Positions 1 to 11,007 of a stretch of 64,000 nt of DNA are shown here, in pieces. The position numbers and the translations under genes are program-made. Numbering within the stretch: position 1 is the stretch's first letter; each line of letters begins with the position of its first letter. Below the pieces are notes generated by a model. The model was not told the DNA's origin. It did not search any database and saw nothing but the letters and a program-made list of their open reading frames with translations. Origin of the DNA: an uncultured Nitrososphaeraceae archaeon (GTDB taxonomy: Archaea > Thermoproteota > Nitrososphaeria > Nitrososphaerales > Nitrososphaeraceae); NCBI GenBank assembly GCA_963837175.1, contig CAWIMJ010000050.1, positions 96,001 through 160,000 on the forward strand, read 5' to 3'.

Positions 1-33
1 AGTCATTGCTGGACTAATTCTCCTAATATAGGC

Positions 34-309
34 TTGATAATAACAAGCACTGGTGGCATTTGGCTTATTGTAAGAAGAAGAGAAAGAACACAAAAAGTAT
101 CATCATCAGGAGTAAGCATAGAGATGATAAATAACAATAGACTGAAAGGACAAGAATACCTGTTCACTCCTAAGAAGGCGCTGATCTATTCCATAATTGT
201 AGGACTAATTAGCGCGATACTCTCTATTGTCAGGTTGGTTAAAGTTATTTTATATCGCAGCTTTTGTATTTGCATCAATTTGCATCAATTACCGTATGGT
301 ATAGGTTAG
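34..309 (+). CDS. Membrane protein fragment, probably begins before the window
   Basis: Hydrophobic segments (ALIYSIIVGLISAILSIV); the frame appears to run off the window start; no family recognised. Confidence 0.35.
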   Translation: MIITSTGGIWLIVRRRERTQKVSSSGVSIEMINNNRLKGQEYLFTPKKALIYSIIVGLISAILSIVRLVKVILYRSFCICINLHQLPYGIG

Positions 310-592
310 GCGAGAAGTTTCATAGATAGAGAGAAAGAAGAGGAGAATAAGGATCTGATATATAATGATATATAATAGATTATAAGTAACTTCTAGATAG
401 ACAAAAGCACATATTGATTATAACATTAAACAGGTCTCTAATTATTTTATCTATCTAAAACAATAACGAACTCATTTTACCAAAGTTCAAAAATGGGTTA
501 GAAACTATCAAAATAGAACGACAACAACAGCTGAATGAATTCATCCTATAATCTACGCAGTATATTTATCTTATTTATTCTAGTCTATCTAT

Positions 593-865
593 CTATTCGT
601 TACCCATCATAAAGTTACAATGTTTTACTTTCTTTCCTTCAAATTCTTCTGAGTAGCATTCTCCTTGTCGCATACATTGTATTGTACCGTTTATACTTGC
701 AGGGAGTTGATCAGCTGCACAATTATCTGATGACGATGAAGTTTGATTTCCTTGATACTGCTGTGCATATGCTGCTTGAGGTATTGTAGTTGTTAGTATA
801 GATACACCCATAACGATTGCTGTTGCTATCATCGCTATTACAAACTCTTGTAGAATTGTTCGCAT
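593..865 (-). CDS. Small secreted Cys-containing protein
   Basis: Signal peptide ending AAYAQ; mature part of about 55 aa with 4 Cys. Confidence 0.6.
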   Translation of the reverse strand: MRTILQEFVIAMIATAIVMGVSILTTTIPQAAYAQQYQGNQTSSSSDNCAADQLPASINGTIQCMRQGECYSEEFEGKKVKHCNFMMGNE

Positions 866-1656
866 CTGAGTAATTCAAACATAATATATAGAAGGGTGTA
901 TTATATATCTTATATCTGATTTTGCTCAGCTATAGTGTAATACTGCTCAATCCTCATGCTGTAGGAATAGACTTGCAGATATCATTGTATTCTCTCTTAT
1001 TCTTACAATTATCAAAATCTCATCTGTCCGTGTGATAATTTCCATGCAATAAATTGTTTGTCTGATTCACTTCAAGTCTACGATAATGAAGGCTGTGATG
1101 GAAGGGTAAAGGCTCTACATAAATATAGGCAATTCAATACTATTTTCAATTGCAGAATCATTGTCATATTGTAACACTTTACTTCTATTTTCAATATGTT
1201 TAAGGGCAAAGTAACCATTATACAACTTCTTACAGCATCATAATATTCTTCATTATACAAGGTATTATTGATTTGCTTTTGTAATTTATTTTAAGTTATG
1301 ATAATAACTATCAAATAAAATGACCTCTTTTCTACTAATTGACTTACCCTAATATGTGCTGCGATAGCAATTGTAGATATAGTATGAATCTTATATACTA
1401 CTTTAAGTGAAAATTCCATCAGGACAGCTAGCAAGGTTGATTAGGACTAGGTAAATATCCTAGTTAGATTTACCAAAGGATTCTTATTGTATTTTAAATT
1501 GCTATTTTGAAGGTTGCTATATATTCATGATGTTTATGCAGTTATAGGAGATTCCTTCAGAGATCAGATCCATCGATAAACAATGCTATTGGAAATGCGT
1601 TAAGAATATACCTAAATCAAAATAATAATAAGCAAGTATTCAAAAAGACACTGGGA

Positions 1657-3048
1657 TTATTGTTGCTTAGGAACTATTCTAAATATTGTGCCATCGACTT
1701 TATCAAATGTAAGTACATATAGATAACCATCAGGTCCAACTTCTAAATCCGTAATACCACCAAATCCATGAGCAAAGACTACCTGTTGGTCCTCCCCTTT
1801 ATCTGCAACTTTATCGGCAAGTGGTCCATCTAGGAGCAATCCAGTTCTGTTCGAGTCTAGTTTAAAGTGGTAAATGTTACCATAGTTGATGTCTGCTACA
1901 AATAAATCATTTTCATATTGTTTTCCCAATTTATCAGAGTTTAGGAACTTGAGTGCAGTAGGACCAAAAGAATCAGCCCATGTAAGTTCAGGAGAACTGT
2001 ATTTTCCCTTTCCACCAAAGTCTTCCAAACTATCACCAGGATTTAGTCGAGGAGCAGTAGGATCTACTACTTCTGTTCCTTTACCCCCTCCTTTAGCTCC
2101 TGCTTGATCTACTGTCCATATTCCCTGTATCTTAGCCCAGCCACCATTAAATCCTGGTTCAACAAGATTGATTTCATCACCAAAGGATGGACCATTTTCT
2201 GTATCCCATAGCTTTCCTGTAACAGGATCAAAACCAATTCCAAAACTATTCTTTATTCCATATGCATAATATTTGTTTAGAGGATCCTCATTTCCAAGTA
2301 TACCTACACCCCCTACTACTCCGCCATCTTGAGTAATTCTAAGTATACCAGCCCTTCCATCAACATCTATTCCGTTTATGTAATTTTGAGCTTTAGTTTG
2401 AAAATCTTTGCTTAGAAAATCTGCAGAGGTTTTGAGATCACCAAGAGGAAAATATAGATTATTATCAGGACCGATTATAAGCTTACCACCATTGTGGGAA
2501 GGTCCTGGTAAAGCTGGCAGATTTAGAAGTAATTTAGGATTTACCAGCTTATTATTTACCAATTCATACCTATAAATACGATTTCCTGCAGCAACATCAC
2601 CTTTTGTTGGTCCGGCTTCAGTAAAATACAAGAAAACATAGGTAGGAGAAGCTCCGGTTCCAGTTGTATTATTCTTTGCAACAGCAATTCCCAACAGACC
2701 TCTTTCATCTGAAGGTGACACATTAACATGAAGTAATGGTTCTGCTAACATTTTGCCATCTACTATCCTTTGCACTGTGCCATCATTTTTCTCCAAAACC
2801 AGTATGTCATTAGGACTCAAAAATGCCATACTCGTAGGGAATTTGAGTCCTTTAAAGAATACTTGAGCAACAAGATTAGGATCATTGATAATTGGTCCTT
2901 CAGGCGACATTACTGCTCGGGCAGCATAGACATGAGGAGCAAAAGAGAAAGTAATACTTGGAATGACACTAACTGATCCAATCAAGCTTAAAGCCAGCAG
3001 CAAGAATAATAATGCCTTTTTGCTTTTATTTTTGTTCATAGGTATCAC
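1657..3048 (-). CDS. Secreted PQQ-dependent glucose/sorbosone (aldose sugar) dehydrogenase family beta-propeller
   Basis: Signal peptide; motifs ERGLLGIA, HNGG-x-L-x-x-GPD, YAYGIKNSFGIGFDP, LWDTENGP-x-x-GDEIN, DLEVGPDGYLYV. Confidence 0.9.
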   Translation of the reverse strand: MIPMNKNKSKKALLFLLLALSLIGSVSVIPSITFSFAPHVYAARAVMSPEGPIINDPNLVAQVFFKGLKFPTSMAFLSPNDILVLEKNDGTVQRIVDGKMLAEPLLHVNVSPSDERGLLGIAVAKNNTTGTGASPTYVFLYFTEAGPTKGDVAAGNRIYRYELVNNKLVNPKLLLNLPALPGPSHNGGKLIIGPDNNLYFPLGDLKTSADFLSKDFQTKAQNYINGIDVDGRAGILRITQDGGVVGGVGILGNEDPLNKYYAYGIKNSFGIGFDPVTGKLWDTENGPSFGDEINLVEPGFNGGWAKIQGIWTVDQAGAKGGGKGTEVVDPTAPRLNPGDSLEDFGGKGKYSSPELTWADSFGPTALKFLNSDKLGKQYENDLFVADINYGNIYHFKLDSNRTGLLLDGPLADKVADKGEDQQVVFAHGFGGITDLEVGPDGYLYVLTFDKVDGTIFRIVPKQQ

Positions 3049-3344
3049 TACAATCTCACTAGTCAGTTATTTAAAATTAACTTTAGACTCATATTTGGTC
3101 AAATGAAAGGATCTTTGTACTTTTGTATTTCAAATAATATAAGGGGCACTGTAAGAAGTTCTCTTTTTAGTTTCTTAAAAATCTTCTATAATAGTCTTAA
3201 TAAAAGAAATGAACTTTCCCAAAGACCTTTTGTGTAATTAGTTCAAATGTTAATATCATTCAAACCTAGTCCTTTTCAACGAAAGACGATGCAATTGATT
3301 CAGTTATTGGCACTCCTGAATTTTTTACTGAATACAGTTAAGAA

Positions 3345-4274
3345 TTACTTTTTTGTAATACTAAATTGGTCTATCATTATTCCATTTTTATCAGCATAAA
3401 ACTTACCTGTTAATGTTTTTCCATTACTTGTTATATCTATATTTAAGATCCCAAACCCTAGATACTGTTTAACACTGTAGTCTGCTATATCAGTAAAGTT
3501 ATGAATTTTTTTTCCGCCTGTTCCTACTGTAAGAAATATTTGCCCATCAGGATCTGTATAGCTGTTTGTATTTGTACTGGTTTCTATTGGATTGGTGACA
3601 TTATTATTATTGAATTTAATAGGATATGTTCTTTCATAGTGGTGGTTATGTCCTTGCAATACAAGGTCTACATCATACTTTTCAAACAGCGGCTGATATG
3701 TATCTGGTAATAAAAATTCTGGAGGATGGCGTGAAGGTGAAGTAATCATCAGTTTATGAAAATACACAACTATCCAGTCTATATTTGGGTCTGATGCTGC
3801 CTTTGAAAGGTCGTTGTTTACAAAGTTATATTGATCTGAATTTACTCCATATGGAAGTTCCGTTGACATTACAGTAAAATGAACATTCTGATAGTTAAAA
3901 GAATAATACTGTTTTGTAAGGTTAAAATGGCTCATATACTGTCTGAGTAAAGGTAAATTTATATTTTCATGGTTACCTATTGCAATTTTCATTTTTTCAT
4001 CGATAGGATCTACTATTTTGAGCCAACAGTCAGCACTAGTATTATTATAAGAGTAGTCCCCCAATCCAAGTACTAATTCCGGATTTTTATCTATTACGTT
4101 TTTTATAGTATTTTTTGCATTAGTATTACAGCCCCAATCTCCTGCAGCTGCAAAGTTAAAATCAGCATGTACAGTTTGAGCAACTACCATCTGTTTTGCT
4201 GGGGTTTGGGTGAGAGATGTAATCGATGAAAATAAGAGTACTGTTATTGCAGAGAGAACTAGTACTCTTTTCAT
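3345..4274 (-). CDS. Secreted metallophosphoesterase, purple-acid-phosphatase-like (copy 1)
   Basis: Signal peptide; PAP metal motifs GDWG, GDYSY, GNHE, YFH, GHNH. Confidence 0.9.
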   Translation of the reverse strand: MKRVLVLSAITVLLFSSITSLTQTPAKQMVVAQTVHADFNFAAAGDWGCNTNAKNTIKNVIDKNPELVLGLGDYSYNNTSADCWLKIVDPIDEKMKIAIGNHENINLPLLRQYMSHFNLTKQYYSFNYQNVHFTVMSTELPYGVNSDQYNFVNNDLSKAASDPNIDWIVVYFHKLMITSPSRHPPEFLLPDTYQPLFEKYDVDLVLQGHNHHYERTYPIKFNNNNVTNPIETSTNTNSYTDPDGQIFLTVGTGGKKIHNFTDIADYSVKQYLGFGILNIDITSNGKTLTGKFYADKNGIMIDQFSITKK

Positions 4275-4867
4275 ACATAGCCACTCTTTTGCTTTGCTAT
4301 ACTTTCCATATAGTTAATTCCTTTGGCTTTACATCGAAATTTTTTAAAAATCTTCATATTCATGAGAGATGAATTAACAGGTGGTAATTATTCTATTAAT
4401 ATGTTAGTAGTAATAAAATTATTATAATATTTGATATTTCATAATATTAGTTCGCAATCTCATAAGCTTGCGCCTAGAATTTAATTCTCAATTGCATATT
4501 ATTAGATATTTTTCCACATTTGGTTCCACGTATTAAATTAAAGCAGGAAAAGCTGGTATCCATTAAGTCTACGCAAGTCACCTATTCTTATCTATACTCT
4601 CTGTCACATGTAATACTGGTAGTAGTACACGCCTCATACCCCTTTCGTCTTCGTATGCTAAGATTCTCCCAAGATCGACTGCAATATCTCTATCTTAATC
4701 TTAGTCCACAGCTTTATCTGTCAAATCTCTATTATTACACTTCTCCATTTTCTCTTTATTCTGTATGACTTTTATTGTGGAGTGTGTCCTCCAACGATAA
4801 TGTAACATATTTTAAGACCAAATGTATTACAAAGGGTATTTATTTTTAAAAATAATTATAATTACTT

Positions 4868-5650
4868 ATGAACACACATACAATAGTAATTTTATTATCT
4901 TATATATTAGTAATATATTCTATCGGAATGGTTTATGCCATTCAGACTGTATATGGTCATTACTTCTCCAAAGATGATAGGGCCTCATTTTTGGCTCTAG
5001 TACATCAAATAAATGTCGAAACCAAACTGATCAATACTAATTTCCCCTCCAATGTTTCTCTAGCTATAGAACACACAGAAAATACTGCTAAACTTTTGAA
5101 TCATGTTTATCAGTTCGGTGAAGATATTGCAGATGATAATGACTTTATAAGAGAATATAATGAACAAATAAATAATACTAATTCTACCGTACAAGCTTTA
5201 ATTCTTGCCAATGTTGTAGATGAAATCCTCAGAAATTATGGTAAAGCATTGGAAGTTGACTATGATCTGACAAACATGTCAAATATGGTAATGTCAAATA
5301 ATAGCCATTCTACTACGATGATGATGATGATGGGTGGTAGTATGAAAAATTCTAGTATAATTAGAGAAAAGAGTGATAATAATATGACCAACAATATGAT
5401 AGTAAATTTAGCTGACTATCAGACTGCTCAAGCGCTTTCTGATAAAGCTCTGCAAATATTCGATAAAGACCTTAAACCCATGGCAGTAACATCTAATGTA
5501 ACTAATTTTATTAGTAATCTGGAGAATGGTTTGAGACAGCTAAGGGATGCAATAAACGAGAATGCAGCACCGACGGATGTGATGATGATTGTACATACTC
5601 AAATCCATCCAAATCTGCAAAAAGCCTATAATTTGCAGTTGATATCATAA
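4868..5650 (+). CDS. Secreted alpha-helical protein with a Met-rich loop
   Basis: Signal peptide; MSNMVM...TMMMMMGGSM tract; C-terminal MMIVHTQIHPNL. Confidence 0.75.
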   Translation: MNTHTIVILLSYILVIYSIGMVYAIQTVYGHYFSKDDRASFLALVHQINVETKLINTNFPSNVSLAIEHTENTAKLLNHVYQFGEDIADDNDFIREYNEQINNTNSTVQALILANVVDEILRNYGKALEVDYDLTNMSNMVMSNNSHSTTMMMMMGGSMKNSSIIREKSDNNMTNNMIVNLADYQTAQALSDKALQIFDKDLKPMAVTSNVTNFISNLENGLRQLRDAINENAAPTDVMMIVHTQIHPNLQKAYNLQLIS

Positions 5651-5727
5651 TTTTCAGTTCCCTTTTGTTATTAATAGCTGTAGTTTTAATTTAGTTTATG
5701 ATGGTGGCAATAAAATGATACTTACGA

Positions 5728-5985
5728 CTGTTTTGAAAACAGCATATAGCATTAGTGAACCGGTCCGGTGCTATCTAAATGCGATTAATAGAGAGAAGAG
5801 ATCGTATGTATGTAGCCTGAAAAGTCCCAAGATGTGGGCTACAGTCTATCAGTTGATGGATGGATGCTGAACCACTCAGATTTCATATCAGATGATGCTT
5901 TGATATTTAGGTGTGGAAAGAAAGAAGAGCATCTATAGAACCTCGAGTCGCATATGGGATCTAAGGAAAGCGTAATACTATAGCA
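5728..5985. other. Structured non-coding segment (candidate ncRNA or orphan mobile-element end)
   Basis: Higher GC than flanks; stems 5811-5818/5836-5843, 5845-5851/5854-5860, 5885-5892/5899-5906, 5863-5868/5928-5933 and long-range 5779-5786/5946-5953. Confidence 0.4.
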
Positions 5986-6056
5986 TATTGTTTTTCTATA
6001 GAAGAAACTATTTTCATTTATTCAGCTATGCTGCATCTGTTGTCCATTTCATGTTG

Positions 6057-6521
6057 CTAGATTTCGACTATGAACTCTAATTCAACTGCACTATCCAATG
6101 GTAGGCTGCTCGCTCCTATCGCTGACCTTGAATGTATACCTTTTTCACCAAAAAGCTGCACAATGAAATCTGACGCGCCATTAATTACTTGGGGATGATT
6201 TCTAAAAGAAGGGTCACAATTAACAAAGCCTGAGACTTTGATAAATCTCCTTATTTTGTCAAGACTACCAAGAGTAGATTTAAGCTGTGCAAGAGCATTT
6301 ATTGTACAAAGCTTTGCAGCCTCTTGTCCTTCCTCAACTGATATATCTCTACCTACTTTCCCTTTAAATTTTATCTGCATAGGAATTGAGCCAGGCTCCA
6401 CAGGGATTTGCCCAGAAACAAAGACAAGATTTCCTGTGATTACAATTTGAACATATGAACCAGCAGATTTCGGAGCATCGGGTAATTTAATTCCTAACGA
6501 GAGAATTTTCTCTTCTATCAT
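6057..6521 (-). CDS. RidA/YjgF/UK114 family protein
   Basis: GNLVFVSGQIP, INGASD, HSRSAIGASSLPLDSAVELE. Confidence 0.9.
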   Translation of the reverse strand: MIEEKILSLGIKLPDAPKSAGSYVQIVITGNLVFVSGQIPVEPGSIPMQIKFKGKVGRDISVEEGQEAAKLCTINALAQLKSTLGSLDKIRRFIKVSGFVNCDPSFRNHPQVINGASDFIVQLFGEKGIHSRSAIGASSLPLDSAVELEFIVEI

Positions 6522-7327
6522 TGGGTATTATTCATAGCATTAGTAAGTAACTATTAATATTATCCTATTACATATTAAAAAATATAAATGAGTATAATTA
6601 CTGATTGCTCTATCTCCATCACCATAACTAAAAAATATTTGGATTTATTATTATAGTATATAATTAACTTTTATTAATACGATAAATAGAATTCAACTTC
6701 GCAAATCTTGTTCCTTCAGTGTAAATACATAAAAGCCATTTAGCCATTCGAACTGTAACGACAATGAGCGAAATTAGGTATTTGAGATCCAAAAAGCTTA
6801 TGGAGTCATAATTTGATACACTATACCATCTTTGTTATATTTATGATTAAATATCCATGATTCCATTATGAATGTTCATCTGCTCATCATATAAGGTATA
6901 TCCATCACGCGCACAATCGTTAGAGCGGCAATTTCTGCAAATAAGGATTCTAGATGCTATATCTATTAAATACCAGCAATATTATATTGTAAAAAGAGTA
7001 CTACTGTATCTTACAAACTGCTTTAGAATAAATTTGTTATTCAATTTCTGACTACTATCTCTTGAATATTGCAATTGTCAAAATGTGTGAATATCTTCTG
7101 CAAGAGTGTTTACTCTTATCTGAATTTTCTTCTCATTATCTATTTGTTTATTCTTCTTCTTCTCATACATTAATTCTCTGGCTTCATATTTAATCCTTAA
7201 CTGAATTCCGTGTAGAACACATGATTCTTCATCTATGCTAGAATTATGAGAAAATGGAAAAAATAATCGTCACTGCTCAGAAGAATTTTTTATGTTTATT
7301 TTTAACACTATGAGTCAGTTCTCATAG

Positions 7328-7987
7328 ATGATATATATAACAGAAAGAGATTTAAAAGCGCTATCGATAAACAGAGAAATGAAAAATATGTCTTTAAAAG
7401 CTGGTTTGTTATTAATATCAGTTGGTTTCGTTATTTGTATTATCATTGGTTCAGAATCCATATTTGCTCAATTAGAATCTACAAACATCAATAGTACAAA
7501 TGCTACTACTCCTATTAATATCACTGCAAGTTCTTTAGCTATGAGCTTGCAAAATCCAATAACAGGATCTTTTGGAGATGATCGCTTGACAGGTACAAGT
7601 GACATCGATATCATGATAGGTTTTCTAGGAGCAGATACAATACATGGTCTAGCAGGTGATGACGCAATTCAAGGCGATGAAGAACCGGATAAACTTTATG
7701 GTGATGCTGGCAACGATTTACTTCAAGGTGGCATAGGAAGTGATCAGCTATACGGAGGAGAAGGAGATGATATTCTCGCAGGAGGATTAGACGACGACTT
7801 TTTAGCAGGAGAAATCGGAAATGATAAGTTATATGGTGATGTGGGTGACGATATTTTGATAGGAGGACCAGATGCAGATTATTTTGACTGTGGAGACGGC
7901 ATAGATGTAATCATGGATTTTAATCTAACACAAGGAGACGATCGTGCTGGCAATTGTGAAGAAATAATTCAACTTCAAAGCTCGTAG
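7328..7987 (+). CDS. Secreted RTX/haemolysin-type Ca-binding repeat protein (start probably near 7379-7388)
   Basis: Signal peptide; multiple GGxGxDxLx nonapeptides; C-terminal DCGDGIDVIMDFN...GNCE. Confidence 0.85.
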   Translation: MIYITERDLKALSINREMKNMSLKAGLLLISVGFVICIIIGSESIFAQLESTNINSTNATTPINITASSLAMSLQNPITGSFGDDRLTGTSDIDIMIGFLGADTIHGLAGDDAIQGDEEPDKLYGDAGNDLLQGGIGSDQLYGGEGDDILAGGLDDDFLAGEIGNDKLYGDVGDDILIGGPDADYFDCGDGIDVIMDFNLTQGDDRAGNCEEIIQLQSS

Positions 7988-8946
7988 TCAATAATTTCTA
8001 CTCGTCAATACGTTACAATATTCTAGACTAACAGCTTCTAGTTTATCAAATTAGTTAATTTTGTGCTTTATTGTATAACTAAATTAATCGCAATGTTTAA
8101 CCGAATTTCCAGAGTTCCAAAGACTAATGTGAATACAAATTTGGTGATAAAATGCGAAATTTTCAAATCATATTGATGAATATCAGAATTATGCGATGAA
8201 GCAGAAGAAACTAAAAGTAGAAATACAAGATATCAAAGTGAAAAACATCTTGTACTAAAAGACTATGATATAACCATGGATATTCTTTAAGTAATACATC
8301 TGATCCATTGGCAAGAGATTTTTTGGATAATATTATCTTCATTTACTAACATTGCCACGGGAAAATGTCTTTGTCGGGGACTTATATGCCTACAATGATA
8401 AACGTGGCCCTGGTTCTGGTAATATTGTCAATTTTCTTGAACCCCATTTTGCCCTTCCATCTATACATACTTATGAAAGTGTGGCAAGTGTTTATGGACA
8501 GATATCAAATAATATTGAGGCAGGAATATGATTGGATTTCTTGATATCTTTCAAATAGCATTAGGGGGTGTTTTCACAGATATTCAAACCATTTTTGAAT
8601 CGTCAGGTCCACGGTCATAAAATTTCGATTATCCAACCTAACAAGAGATTGGATCGATGTAATGGAGATTGGAAAAGATATCAATAATTATTCAATTAAT
8701 AACAATCATCATGGACTATATGCAAAAGAATACCGCTTTTTTCTTGTTACAGCAGTAATACTTACCAATTCTATTAGCATAATAGCGGACACAGAAAGCA
8801 ATCCACTACCTATATTCTTCTCTTCGTTTTGTGAAGGTTTTTGCTGCTTTATTCTCTATTCTGAGCTCATCAAAATATCCCGGTCCCCCTCCTCCCTGTA
8901 AAGAGCTCGTTTTTATAAATAGTAGACCTAGCTAGGAAGTAATAGC

Positions 8947-9177
8947 ATGGTTAATACATTTAGAAATAAACGAGTTTACGGTAATACTATTTTATTATTT
9001 AAAAATAATGATATACTTTCAAATCCGATCAAAGAAGAAAATTATCAAGTAATTGACCTAGATCCAAATAAGCCAATAATGTTTGAATATGATCCAAAGG
9101 AGAAAAAATATGCGATTAGAAACACTGCAAATAATCACTACAATAATAATAGTATCAGGTTAATAGTTCCTATGTAA
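8947..9177 (+). CDS. Hypothetical protein upstream of the helicase
   Basis: 76-aa ATG ORF with a TTTATAAAT TATA-like element about 30 nt upstream; no family recognised. Confidence 0.5.
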   Translation: MVNTFRNKRVYGNTILLFKNNDILSNPIKEENYQVIDLDPNKPIMFEYDPKEKKYAIRNTANNHYNNNSIRLIVPM

Positions 9178-9232
9178 TAGAGTTATTTCATTTTCCTTTC
9201 AGTGGTTAGACAATAACGTTGGGAATAATATC

Positions 9233-10759
9233 ATGATAAAAAACATAAAAGAAAGACCACTGACAGAATCATTCAATGCATCAATACCAAGTATTTTGAA
9301 TCTAAAATTTCCTTTTAACCTTACAAAGGATCAACATAAAGCAGTCGACGCGTGGTTTTCTAATAAATGCAGAGGATCTATAATATATAGCACTGGAACA
9401 GGAAAGACAGAGATAGCCTTTGAATGTGCAAGAATAAGGGCAGCGGCGGCAGTAGAATATGAACAAAAGATAAAACCAGATAATAATAATATTGTTGTAG
9501 ATTGCAATAATAATAACAATAATAATAACAATTATCCTTATTCTTCTTCTGATAATGCCACCGCTACTACTGCTACTAGTTTCAATATACTATTTTTAGT
9601 TCCACGAATAGTTTTGATTGAGCAGAATTTTAAAAGGCTACTGTCTTATAATATACCTAAAGAATCCATAGGAGTATATTTTGGAGAACGTAAAGAAATA
9701 AGAGAAATAACAATAAGCACCTATCAAAGTATAATTAACAAATTAGAATTAATTCGTAATTCTAATATGATAATATTTGATGAAATGCATCTATTGACTG
9801 ATTCAGCAATAACATTAAGAAAGATATTTGATCTTCTACGAGAAGAAGATAATTCTGTTAATAAAAAAGCATTATTAGGATTAACTGCAACAATAGATGA
9901 ACAAGATCCTAACTATAATACAGTTGTCTCGTTACTCCCACCAGTCAAAAAATATATGATAAGAGAGGCGGTAGAAGATGGAAGACTTGCAAAACCAATA
10001 GTAATACCAATAAAGGTTAAACTGACATTTGAGGAGAAAAAGCTCTATGATGACTACTCTACAAAGATCAGGAATATTTCAGACGAGTTGAATATATCTG
10101 ATCCACAATTAATGTCTTCTTTATTGAGAAACTGGGGCTTACCAGCCAAATTGGCAAGATCATGGTTTGAAAATGTAAGGAATAGAAAAAATCTAATTAA
10201 TTGTGCTCAAAATAAACTGTCCGCTGCAACTGATCTGATAGCAACAAAGCATCCATCAGAAAGAATAATGGTTTTCAGTGAGACAATAGAATCTATTAAG
10301 AAATTAAAGGATATATTAGAAAAAGAAAAGGGAATAAAATCAATGATAATTGAAAGCAAACTAAAATCTAAAGACCGGCAGGCGATTTTATCTAAGTGGG
10401 GAACAGATTTTTATCCTTTGCTTTCAGTTCATACATTGGAAGTTGGATACGACGTTCCTCAGGTAAGAATAGCCATCATATTGGCAAGCACTTCAAACAT
10501 CAATCAAGCTGCTCAAAGAATAGGAAGGATTCTGAGAAAGGCTGAAGGAAAAAATGCCGCATTGATATATACGATATATCTTTCAGGTACACATGACTAT
10601 AACCATTTGGGTGTAGTAAAACAAGCAACACAAATGGATGGTAAAAGGAAAGAAGCAAATAATAACAATAACACTGGCATCAGGAGCCAGACGCAAACAG
10701 CAGCAGCAACAAACTGTAGATTAGACTTTTTTTTAACCAATAATTCCTCCTCATCCTAG
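9233..10759 (+). CDS. SF2 DEAD/DEAH helicase, XPB/Rad25/ResIII-like
   Basis: Q motif (LTKDQ), Walker A STGTGKT, DEMH, TAT, motif VI QRIGRILR; Asn/Ala/Thr low-complexity inserts. Confidence 0.88.
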   Translation: MIKNIKERPLTESFNASIPSILNLKFPFNLTKDQHKAVDAWFSNKCRGSIIYSTGTGKTEIAFECARIRAAAAVEYEQKIKPDNNNIVVDCNNNNNNNNNYPYSSSDNATATTATSFNILFLVPRIVLIEQNFKRLLSYNIPKESIGVYFGERKEIREITISTYQSIINKLELIRNSNMIIFDEMHLLTDSAITLRKIFDLLREEDNSVNKKALLGLTATIDEQDPNYNTVVSLLPPVKKYMIREAVEDGRLAKPIVIPIKVKLTFEEKKLYDDYSTKIRNISDELNISDPQLMSSLLRNWGLPAKLARSWFENVRNRKNLINCAQNKLSAATDLIATKHPSERIMVFSETIESIKKLKDILEKEKGIKSMIIESKLKSKDRQAILSKWGTDFYPLLSVHTLEVGYDVPQVRIAIILASTSNINQAAQRIGRILRKAEGKNAALIYTIYLSGTHDYNHLGVVKQATQMDGKRKEANNNNNTGIRSQTQTAAATNCRLDFFLTNNSSSS

Positions 10760-11007
10760 ACAAAAGACACAATATATCCATATATAGCTAGTAATGGTAT
10801 GCAAAATACCTCCATTATATCCACCATTTCCACTTTGCCTATGACGATGGGACGCATCCGCATATCTTCAAACATATGATTACAGTATACAGTATACCAC
10901 ATCATAATTTCGTATATCTTTTAAAACCAAGTAAAAGGATTTTTTAAGCATAGTAAACCTTACATATTAAGAAAAATCTGTAAACGAACTTTTGTTAGTT
11001 AGTATAG

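Noticed and set aside
4520-4800. ORF 4520-4768 and a possible transposase-like remnant on the minus strand
   Set aside because: The plus ORF looks non-coding; the minus frames are stop-ridden and the similarity is too weak to name
8350-8901. Short coding-like stretch near 8352-8531 and ORF 8662-8901
   Set aside because: No recognisable family; probably gene debris
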